From Armatimonadia bacterium (GTDB taxonomy: Bacteria; Armatimonadota; Zipacnadia; Zipacnadales; UBA11051): a stretch of 64,000 nucleotides of DNA. The position numbers and the translations under genes are program-made. Of this stretch, positions 56,275 through 64,000 are shown piece by piece (position 1 is the stretch's first letter; each line of letters begins with the position of its first letter). The stretch is from contig JBDKRC010000302.1 of assembly GCA_039683575.1 (NCBI GenBank), positions 11,173 to 75,172 of the forward strand, given 5' to 3'. The notes beneath the pieces were generated by a model that made no database searches, was not told where the DNA came from, and worked only from the letters and a program-made list of their open reading frames with translations.

Positions 56275-58134
56275 TCAGTCCAGCGGGACGGTGAGACGCT
56301 CCAGAGACGGTGACTGGGCTACCATCCGCCCGTCCACCCACACCGATAGCCCTGGTGGCGTCTGCGGCGGGTGTTCGTGCTCAGGGCGGCTCTCCCAGAT
56401 GATGCCGATCTCATGCCCGCGATAGGGCAGATTCCAGAGCCGGAAGTAATCCCAACCCACAGCCAGAGGGTCGATCTCCAGGATGTTGTCGCCACGCGGA
56501 GTCACGCCCACGAGATGACGGATCAGCAGGTCATTGAAAGCTCCGTGGAGCCAATCCATGGCCCCCCAGGGGCTGCCGTCGTCGGTGTAGTACTGGTACA
56601 CCAGAGGCCGGTGCCAGTCCGCCTCCTCACATGCAAGGCGCGCCTGTAGCCACAGGCAGTCCATCGCCCAGCGGCGCGGGGTGACCTTCTCGCCGCGACG
56701 ACGCGCGGAGACAGCCAGGGCCTCGGCAAGGCGGCCACAGTTCTCCGGCTGATGGGCCCCCGCAAGCTGCAGCAGGTCTTCGGGCTGCCGTCTCAGGGGA
56801 TGATCATAGGCGGGATCAGCAGGAACAAGGTCGAGGGCGTATGGAGTGAGGTTAGCCGCTTGGGGCTGGCGCATGTGCTCCCCAGTTTGCTCGTTGAGTC
56901 CGTAGAAGCTGTGATCCCACTCGTCCCATAGGCATTCGAGAATGGCTTGTCGGCAGCGCTCAGCCAGGCCTCTGTGCCATTTGGCATCCACGTCCCGCCC
57001 AGCCGCGGTACAAAGGTCAGCGGTGGCCGCTAAGGAAGCGCAGAACTCTGCCGTCTCCGCCACCGAGACCACCCCTTCGCCCTCCGTCAGCAGGAGGTCG
57101 TGGTCCGGGTCTCGCTGCTGTCGAAGCTGCGCGACTGCACGGACTGCGGCCTCGGCCGCGGCAGACGTGACCTCGGCCTCAGGCCACACGAGCAGCGCCT
57201 GCTGTACGAGCCGAGGGGTCCGCACGCTATCGGCCTCGAGGCTGAAAGCCGGGCGCAGCATATCATGGAGCGATTTCCCGTCACGCAGCCACCGCGCCTG
57301 GGAAACGGCCGACAGCGGAAGCCGGGGCGCCCCCTCCACCACTCGCAGGTTGTGCCGCAGCACGAACCAGTGATACCACCACAGGCGGACGATATTCTCA
57401 TCCGGGCAGTCAAAAGCCGGACAGTTAGCCTCAAACCATTCGTGAAACTCGCGGACGTGCTTCTGGAGCGGATCATCGCTGGCCGCCCACGCCCCAAGCC
57501 GATGCGCGGCCTCAGAGCGCTGCGGGTGCAGACCCATGCCTACCATCAGGCTGGCCTGCTCTCCGGGTTGCAGGGCCAGATCGCAAATCAACGCCTCGGA
57601 AGGGGCGGTGCGTGTGGATTTCATCGCCAGCACCAGCCACAGCCGCTCGTTCTGCAACGCTCGCTGCCCCACCAGCATGTCATGGCCCCACCGCGCCACG
57701 CTACCACCGTCCGCCGTCCGGGCCTCCAGGCGCAGCTTCAGCGCCTCTTCTCCGTGATTTGTCAGTTCCAGTACATCACAAATGACGTTGTCAAAAGTAA
57801 TGAACTTGCATTCGATGAGGCCCAGATCGCTCTCACGGGTCTGCCGCCGCACATGGCTTGGATACCACATGCACGACGCTCGTTTGCCCTCCATCGGCTG
57901 ACCGTTGACCAGAATCGAGAGACGCACCGGGTCTACCAGTGCGTCTTGAAGATCATCTGTCCCGTAGTGGAACTGCCCCTGCATACCGAAGGCGTTTTCG
58001 AGCCTCGAGCAGCAGAGCTGCTGCCCGGTCGGGCCCAGGCTGTGGTGCCTCACGCCGCGCCAGGCGAGCAGCCGGTCGAGAGCCACCTGGCCCTCGGTTC
58101 CCGTCTCGCCCGGCGACGGCTGCGGCTTCATCAT
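56275..58134 (-). CDS. MGH1/GH63-like (alpha/alpha)6 glycoside hydrolase homologue, apparently degenerate
   Basis: PAFDCPD, ARWLRD, LWDE...FY, H..FNDLLI..LVG, NLPYRGH motifs; ATGA overlap with the upstream gene. Confidence 0.6.
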   Translation of the reverse strand: MMKPQPSPGETGTEGQVALDRLLAWRGVRHHSLGPTGQQLCCSRLENAFGMQGQFHYGTDDLQDALVDPVRLSILVNGQPMEGKRASCMWYPSHVRRQTRESDLGLIECKFITFDNVICDVLELTNHGEEALKLRLEARTADGGSVARWGHDMLVGQRALQNERLWLVLAMKSTRTAPSEALICDLALQPGEQASLMVGMGLHPQRSEAAHRLGAWAASDDPLQKHVREFHEWFEANCPAFDCPDENIVRLWWYHWFVLRHNLRVVEGAPRLPLSAVSQARWLRDGKSLHDMLRPAFSLEADSVRTPRLVQQALLVWPEAEVTSAAAEAAVRAVAQLRQQRDPDHDLLLTEGEGVVSVAETAEFCASLAATADLCTAAGRDVDAKWHRGLAERCRQAILECLWDEWDHSFYGLNEQTGEHMRQPQAANLTPYALDLVPADPAYDHPLRRQPEDLLQLAGAHQPENCGRLAEALAVSARRRGEKVTPRRWAMDCLWLQARLACEEADWHRPLVYQYYTDDGSPWGAMDWLHGAFNDLLIRHLVGVTPRGDNILEIDPLAVGWDYFRLWNLPYRGHEIGIIWESRPEHEHPPQTPPGLSVWVDGRMVAQSPSLERLTVPLD

Positions 58135-58997
58135 CCTTGCCTCTTCCACCCCAGCAGGCGCTCCATGAACATCGCGAGGAAACGTCCGACCTGCGGTGTG
58201 ACGGCAACCTTTATGTTGGGCTCGCCCTCCACCACGCGAGTGAACCCCTTGTCATCGCAGACCACATTCAGGTTGGCCATGCCGCAGATGGCAGGCTCAA
58301 TGGTCACCGCGACGGCCAGCGGATCGTGCAGCGTCGGCGTCGGGTGGCCCCAGTACGACAGCATCCCGCACAGCGCCTCGGTCAGCGGTGTACCACAGTC
58401 GGCGAGTTTCGCGCGATCCTCCGCCTCGAGCCGCACCTGCAGCGTGGCGTCCAGTGGCACCATCGTCATGGGCGTGCCGCAGCTCAGCATCGCTTGTGAG
58501 GCGGGAACGTCCGTCACGATGTTGTATTCCGCCCGGATCTCAGGAGTGGCACCCTCGGGCCAGCCGACACAACCGCCCATCAGGATGATCTCGCGAAGTT
58601 TCCCAGGCAGTTCGGGATCGAGGGCCAGGGCGTCCGCGATGTTGGTGAAGGGCCCCACCGGCACCAGCGTCAACTCGCCCGGAGCGGCGTTGACCTGCTC
58701 TACGATGAACTCCGCCGCGCTCTGCGACACAGGCTGCAAGGCCTCGAAATCCTCGGCCCACGGCGCCTGGTTCACGGTGCCGCCGGTTTCGGTCTGCCGG
58801 CCGACCGCCACGGGAATGTGCGAATTGCCGGTATCGTAAAGCATCCTCAGCGCGAGTTTGGCGCGCTGGTCGGTGCGATTGTTGGCAATAGTGACGCCGA
58901 CCAGTTCGAGTTCCGGCGAGGCCAGAATGAAAGCCAGAGCGTAGGCGTCGTCAATGTCGGTGCCAATGTCGGTGTCGAAGATGATGCGGCGGGGCAT
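58131..58997 (-). CDS. Inosine-uridine preferring nucleoside hydrolase family protein
   Basis: DTDIGTDIDDAYAL, GPFTNIA, MGG, EYNI, PLD, LHDPLA motifs. Confidence 0.92.
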   Translation of the reverse strand: MPRRIIFDTDIGTDIDDAYALAFILASPELELVGVTIANNRTDQRAKLALRMLYDTGNSHIPVAVGRQTETGGTVNQAPWAEDFEALQPVSQSAAEFIVEQVNAAPGELTLVPVGPFTNIADALALDPELPGKLREIILMGGCVGWPEGATPEIRAEYNIVTDVPASQAMLSCGTPMTMVPLDATLQVRLEAEDRAKLADCGTPLTEALCGMLSYWGHPTPTLHDPLAVAVTIEPAICGMANLNVVCDDKGFTRVVEGEPNIKVAVTPQVGRFLAMFMERLLGWKRQG

Positions 58998-59134
58998 GTG
59001 TGGGCCTCCTGGGGAATCATGAGCAGCGCCCTGCCGCTTCAGCCGCGGCGGGGCGTTTTAGATATGAGGATATATTCCCGCCGCCGCACATTTGCCCTGC
59101 TGACAATTCGTTCGGGGTGTATAATACGCAGACG

Positions 59135-59371
59135 ATGAACCAGCAGAAGTTCGAATTCCCCCCGGACGAGGCAGAGCCGAAGCGCAAGCGTTACCGCAAG
59201 CGCAAGCCGTTGCCACCCGCGAAGCAGCCGGCTCCGGAGCCCCCCGCGCTCCTGGACACGCCTGTGGTGCAAAAGTGCGGCTTTTGCGGGAGTAATCAGA
59301 CCCTGATGGGGAAGATGCACGTGTGTACGGAGTGTCAGGGGATACTACTGCGGCAGGACGACGAGGGATAG
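59135..59371 (+). CDS. Small basic/Pro-rich protein with C4 zinc ribbon
   Basis: 78 aa; KRKRYRKRK; CGFC-x12-CTEC; TATAAT 9 nt upstream of the ATG. Confidence 0.6.
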   Translation: MNQQKFEFPPDEAEPKRKRYRKRKPLPPAKQPAPEPPALLDTPVVQKCGFCGSNQTLMGKMHVCTECQGILLRQDDEG

Positions 59372-59402
59372 GAGAGGCTATATGCGCGTAGGGAAGCTGC
59401 GC

Positions 59403-59462
59403 GCGTAGGCGGGTTCATCCTTGAACCCGCACCGCGGGTCGGTTCGAGACGAACCGACCTAC
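59403..59462. repeat. GTAG-type REP doublet, copy 2
   Basis: GTAGGCGGGTTCATCCTTGAACCCGC...GTCGGTTCGAGACGAACCGACCTAC; last 25 bp identical to copy 1. Confidence 0.85.
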
Positions 59463-59474
59463 TGACTATTCGCA

Positions 59475-61034
59475 CTAGTGCGGCCAAACCCCCAGCAGCA
59501 CCACCGCCACATACGGCGCCAGCCCCCACTGTCTTCCCACCAGCCCCAGCACGCCCTCCTTCTCCGTGAAGTACAGAAGTGGGGTCAGCAGGAATGTCAG
59601 CGATACCCCCAGCATCAGCGGCGAGATCGAGGAGCGCAGAGCCAACGCCCCGATGAACACTGATAGCCCCCACGGCACGCTGACAGCGTAGTCCATCACG
59701 CTCTGCCGCTCCCGGGCGATCTTCCCTGTTACGTGGAAGATAGGCTTGCGGATGTGCAGGGTCTGCTCGATTGTGCGCATGGCCAGGACCGGCATGAGGC
59801 TCGCGTGGTTGGCCGTGGTGACGAACAGGTACTGGCCGTAGCGCACTGGCTCGCGCAGGATCTTGTACAGAATCGGCGCGACTGTCGCCACTGGCCCAAG
59901 CACGTACACGAATGGCATCCACGGCTGCGACGCCGTGTAGCCCTGCAGGTCGTGGAGGTACGACAGTACAATCCCACCCCAGATGTTGACGACCACGACC
60001 AGTCCGAGGTAGCAAGACGACGAAGTCATCAGCACGTCCAGCTTCTCCACCAGCGTCGCCCGGGGCGAAGTCAACAGCCTCCAGAATTCCTTCTGGAAGT
60101 ACTGAATGGTGCCGCGAACGATGCGGGTACGCGAGCCCAGAAGCGCCTTGTAGGTCGGGGGAGTCGCTTCTTGAGCCATGACCTCCGGGACGAACACGCC
60201 CCGATAGCCGGCGGCCAGCGCATTGGAGGAGAAGCCCAGGTCCTCGCACACGATCTCTGGGAATCCGCCAATCGCCTCCCAGACGCTACGACGGATGATC
60301 GCACCATGGCCCTGGCAGGCCACGAAGCCGAAGCGGTTCTTGGCGGGCAGGAAGTGGGCAAAGAACATGTCTATGGTGAGGGCGAAGCCGGCCGCAAAAC
60401 GGGTCTTCGGGATCTGCCGCGCGCAGTGGCTGGCCTGGGCGAAGCCGATTTTCTCGTGCGAGAGGTACGGTAGCAGGCGCTCCACGAAGTCCGACGGCAG
60501 CAGTTCGTCCGCGTCACAAAGCAGCAGGTATTCCTCGAATGCGTGGTTCGCGATGACGTAGTTGAGGTTGCCGGCCTTATAGCCCTTGTTGTCCCCGCGA
60601 CGGGTGACCGTGATGCGGTCGTCCTTCTGAGCCTTCACCCACAGATCGACCATATGTCGCGAAGCGGGTTCGTGGCTATCGTCACAGATGATCAGGCGGG
60701 TGTTGGGATGCGTCTGGCGGAGGCACGAGGCGCAGGCCTCGGGGTCGAAGTCGTCACAGGTGGTATACAGGATCGCGACGCGGGAGTCTTCGGGCATCTT
60801 GCCCGGGCGGGGGCTCGTGATACTGGGAAAGAAGCTCAGGATTTGGTGCCAGAAGGTATTCAGGCCCCACAGCCAGATCAGTAGGAACCAGCCGTAGAAG
60901 GTCAGCACCGCGAATCGGTGCAGTGGCGACCAGTAGGTGGGAATGGTGCTCTGAAAGGAACTAAAGCTGATGGCGCATATGGTTAGCCAGGTCAGCGCCA
61001 CCACCGCTACCAGGCCAGGGTTCTTCTTCGGCAT
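59475..61034 (-). CDS. Membrane GT2, cellulose synthase-like glycosyltransferase
   Basis: N- and C-terminal TM helices; CDDS, KAGNLN, CDAD, GGF..CEDL. Start may be TTG 61046. Confidence 0.85.
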   Translation of the reverse strand: MPKKNPGLVAVVALTWLTICAISFSSFQSTIPTYWSPLHRFAVLTFYGWFLLIWLWGLNTFWHQILSFFPSITSPRPGKMPEDSRVAILYTTCDDFDPEACASCLRQTHPNTRLIICDDSHEPASRHMVDLWVKAQKDDRITVTRRGDNKGYKAGNLNYVIANHAFEEYLLLCDADELLPSDFVERLLPYLSHEKIGFAQASHCARQIPKTRFAAGFALTIDMFFAHFLPAKNRFGFVACQGHGAIIRRSVWEAIGGFPEIVCEDLGFSSNALAAGYRGVFVPEVMAQEATPPTYKALLGSRTRIVRGTIQYFQKEFWRLLTSPRATLVEKLDVLMTSSSCYLGLVVVVNIWGGIVLSYLHDLQGYTASQPWMPFVYVLGPVATVAPILYKILREPVRYGQYLFVTTANHASLMPVLAMRTIEQTLHIRKPIFHVTGKIARERQSVMDYAVSVPWGLSVFIGALALRSSISPLMLGVSLTFLLTPLLYFTEKEGVLGLVGRQWGLAPYVAVVLLGVWPH

Positions 61035-61263
61035 GGGGAACGTCAACCTCCGACGACAGGACCGCGGTCAGCGACGCGCACCACCAGCCCAGCAAGCGCA
61101 CGAAAACATGCGCCGCCGCAAGCTGTGACGTTTGGCTACCGCAGAATGTTTGCTCTTGTGATGGGGTGGAGGAAGCTCTCGCACCTGGCCACCGGCTCCC
61201 CGCCGGTCAGCGGCCATCTCGCGCTTATTATACACAAAATCGCGGGTTCTTCTACTCCAATCT

Positions 61264-62349
61264 CTACTGATGGAGGCCGCCAACTACCTCACGAACCTTC
61301 CCCAGATCCACATCCTGCCCCGCCGCCGGCATCCCGTACGGTGCCAGCCACCAATCCTCCGTGAAGCTCGCTGACTGCCCCGGTCTCACTATTTCCTGCG
61401 GGCCGATGGGCTCGAGTTCGCAAAAATCGATCGGCAGCGGACGCTGCTCGGGGGCCTTCTTCAGTTCGTCGAGGAACGGGTAGTAGTACAAAGATAGCGT
61501 CGCCGCGCACATCTCACCATAGGCGCGTTGCGGGTAGACCGGCCAGCGCTTCACGAACATGAGGTCATTGGGCGTGATATATGCGAGCCAGGCGGAAGTC
61601 TGCGTTGTGCGGCAACCGCTGCCCGCGGACACCGCCTCCCCCTCGGGGTCAGCCATGAACTTCGAGAACGGCGGGTTCCCGCGAATCTCGAGAAAGCCTT
61701 CCCGTACGCGGACGTTCTCATGCGGCGCCGGTCGGAAGTCCATCACATTACCCGGGCCATAGGTCAGGTAGCCACGCGGGAAACGGCTCCTGGGGTTGAG
61801 TGGTACGAGGCAGATGCCCCCACCGAGGGCGAAGGTGCGACTCCAATGGCACACGCGATGTGTCTTAGGCGAGAGATTCCTGATCTTCTGAGTGCAGCGC
61901 AGGTGTGAGCCTTGCTCCTCAAGCCGGAAGGTGCGGATAAGCTGCAGGCCCGTGTTGCGGTCCACCGGGCTAATCATGACGGCTTCACGCGGCCCTGTGA
62001 ATTGCGCGCGCCAGGGCCCGAGCCACAGATCCATGTGCCGGGGCGCAGTCAACTCCGGCCCAATGTCAAAGCGCCCGCCGTAGGGGTCCACGACCTTCTG
62101 TCCGCGCTGCCAGGTATAACCATTCTGCGCGGGGTTCAGCGGTATCGCGGGTTTGCCGCAATGGGAATAGTCGAGGATGCGTCCGCCGGCGTGGGGGCCG
62201 AGGATTACCGTGGTCGTGCCGTTATAGAGCCTGGGGCAGTTGGCATACCCGGCAAAGTCCACGAGGGCGGTGCCGGAATAGGGGGTTTCGGCAGCGGCAA
62301 TATGGCAGATGATGAGCAGCAGCGGCACCAACAGGCAGGCAGGGCGCAT
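61264..62349 (-). CDS. Secreted hypothetical protein, galactose mutarotase-like (DUF4380-like)
   Basis: Signal peptide; GGRIL, GGRFDIGPE, CELEPIGP..L/V.PG....EDW pattern. Confidence 0.6.
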   Translation of the reverse strand: MRPACLLVPLLLIICHIAAAETPYSGTALVDFAGYANCPRLYNGTTTVILGPHAGGRILDYSHCGKPAIPLNPAQNGYTWQRGQKVVDPYGGRFDIGPELTAPRHMDLWLGPWRAQFTGPREAVMISPVDRNTGLQLIRTFRLEEQGSHLRCTQKIRNLSPKTHRVCHWSRTFALGGGICLVPLNPRSRFPRGYLTYGPGNVMDFRPAPHENVRVREGFLEIRGNPPFSKFMADPEGEAVSAGSGCRTTQTSAWLAYITPNDLMFVKRWPVYPQRAYGEMCAATLSLYYYPFLDELKKAPEQRPLPIDFCELEPIGPQEIVRPGQSASFTEDWWLAPYGMPAAGQDVDLGKVREVVGGLHQ

Positions 62350-62421
62350 GGGCAGCCTCCAGCGTGAGTGTGGAAGTGCCAGGCTCCTTCGCCCTGCGCG
62401 GCCTCGCCTCCTGCTGTGGCG

Positions 62422-63135
62422 CTAGGCCGCCTGCGGCAGCTTCTCGGGCGCACACAACTTGTAGCCGACGCCCGGCACGGTGAGGACATACACTGGCTGA
62501 CGTGCCTCATCCTCGAGTTTGGCCCGCAGCCTCGCGATGTGTACGTCGAGCGTGCGGGTGCGGATGCTGGAGTCATAGCCCCAGACGCGCATCAGCAGTT
62601 GAGACGACCGCACGACAAGGCCCCGGTTCTCCGCAAGCACGCTGAGCAGTTCGTATTCCTTGGGTGTGAGGTGCAGCAGGCGCCCGCGCAGGAAGACCTG
62701 ATGGCCATCAAGGTCGAGGCACAGGTCGCCCAGTTCCTGGCGTCCCTGGCCCTCCTGGCGCTGGGAATACTCGTTGGCGCGACGTAGTTGCGCGTCGATC
62801 CTCGCCACGAGCTCCGACAGCCCGAAGGGCTTGACCACATAATCGTCCGCCCCCACTTCCAGCCCGACTATGCGGTCGATCTCGCCGCTGCGGCCGCTGA
62901 TCATGACTACTGGAACCGAGCTTCGGCATCGCATCAGGCGGCAAACGTCGAGACCATCCATATCCGGCAGCATCAGGTCCAGAACGACCAACGCTGGCTC
63001 GTCCTGACGGAGGTGCTCCAGCGCCTGCCGGCCGTAGCGAGTGGTCACGACGCGATACCCGCACGCGCGCAGGCTCTCCTGCAGCGTCCCTGCCAGAGCA
63101 AGGTCATCTTCACAAATCAGGATCGTTCGGGGCAT
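62422..63135 (-). CDS. OmpR/PhoB family response regulator (no adjacent kinase)
   Basis: CEDD, LDLMLP.MDG, GADDYVVKPF, LTPKEYELL, RTLDVHIARLR. Confidence 0.93.
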   Translation of the reverse strand: MPRTILICEDDLALAGTLQESLRACGYRVVTTRYGRQALEHLRQDEPALVVLDLMLPDMDGLDVCRLMRCRSSVPVVMISGRSGEIDRIVGLEVGADDYVVKPFGLSELVARIDAQLRRANEYSQRQEGQGRQELGDLCLDLDGHQVFLRGRLLHLTPKEYELLSVLAENRGLVVRSSQLLMRVWGYDSSIRTRTLDVHIARLRAKLEDEARQPVYVLTVPGVGYKLCAPEKLPQAA

Positions 63136-63395
63136 AGGGGGCTCCTTGACTGCCGCTGTGGGAGCACACTCCACGCGGCACTGTCGCGGGACCCTCCATC
63201 CTTCAGCCGGCGTAACCGGCCAAAGCCCCTGTGAAACCCGCTGTGCTCCTTATCGGCGGGATCCGGAGGCTGTTTAGTGCGGATCAGCCTTGTGGCCGAA
63301 ATTGTTACATCATAGGCCTTCGGGCAGGGAGAAACACCGGCCGTGCCGAAGCGTCAGCGTATCTGGTAGCAACGATACCCGGAGATCACCTGATC

Positions 63396-63812
63396 ATGGC
63401 CAACTGCCCAAAATGCGGCGCAGACACTGCAGAGCAAGATGCTTTCTGCCGCAAATGTGGCGCCGCCCTGCGGGCGCAGGCGGCTGACAAGCGGTCCTGC
63501 TTCATGGAAGACATGGCTGCGACCTACCACCGGCGGCTCAAAGACAGGGCCAACGATCCCGACGCCCTGTACAACGTCGCGTTGACCTTGCTCTATTCGG
63601 AGCGGTACGCTGAAGCGGTCGAGAAGTTGCAGTGCGTGGTCAAGTTGCTGCCGGAGTTCACGGACGCCGGTGTCAAGCTCGCGGTCGCGCTGTGGAATAG
63701 CGGACAACGACACAAAGCCCTGCAGGCCATCGAGCAGGTCCTGGCACAGGCTCCCGACGATCAGAAAGCCCTGAAATTGCAGGCGCAGATGCAGCAGGCT
63801 CTACAGAAGTAG
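63396..63812 (+). CDS. Zinc-ribbon plus TPR protein
   Basis: CPKCG..FCRKCGA; TPR-like DPDALYNVALTL..YAEAV. Confidence 0.8.
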   Translation: MANCPKCGADTAEQDAFCRKCGAALRAQAADKRSCFMEDMAATYHRRLKDRANDPDALYNVALTLLYSERYAEAVEKLQCVVKLLPEFTDAGVKLAVALWNSGQRHKALQAIEQVLAQAPDDQKALKLQAQMQQALQK

Positions 63813-63876
63813 GACAGGAGGCGGAAGGTGGTCCGGCGCAGGGGTGGGAGAGGCATACGTGCCCACCGTGCAGCGG

Positions 63877-64000
63877 TGTCAACGCAAAGTAGAAATGTCC
63901 CTCTATCTGCCAGCTAGAAATGTCCCTTTGTAGGACTTGCGCCAGGGGTGGTCGGAGGCGGGTTGGTGGCCTGTCGGCTTGTGCGCCCTTGGTTGGGAGG
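63877..64000 (-). mobile_element. Right end of an IS1202/ISNCY-like insertion sequence (transposase 3' end at 63903->64000)
   Basis: TGTCAA terminus; TAGAAATGTCCCT repeated at 63890 and 63915; minus-strand peptide ..QPASDHPWRKSYKGTFLAGR*. Confidence 0.75.

Noticed and set aside
57100-58839. 579-aa + strand ORF
   Set aside because: Antisense to two motif-bearing genes; composition is not protein-like.

Overview
High-GC bacterial chromosomal window with about 45 CDS and no recognisable rRNA, tRNA or CRISPR array. The type of prepilin/DUF1559/H-X9-DG proteins suggests Armatimonadota or a similar lineage, and the [FeFe]-hydrogenase suggests an anaerobic fermenter (both inference). From left to right: end of a surface-glycan glycosyltransferase cluster with an apparently inserted FkbM methyltransferase; a lipoprotein with a TNT/Tse6-like NADase/ADP-ribosyltransferase-fold domain followed by a small helical, Tsi6-like gene (best candidate for an undescribed system); carbohydrate-active genes (two heparinase II/III-like lyases, sulfatase, frameshifted SGNH hydrolase, GH-like proteins); a TM287/288-type ABC exporter; an SdrD-B repeat adhesin; two non-pilin H-X9-DG paralogues and one canonical one; beta-CASP/PRTase/hydrolase/xerD; a rex-hydCBA-hydS-spoIIE hydrogenase operon with variant Rex-like operators and REP-like spacers; and the end of an IS1202/ISNCY-like element at the right edge. 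All family calls come from motif recognition by eye; no database searches were run.
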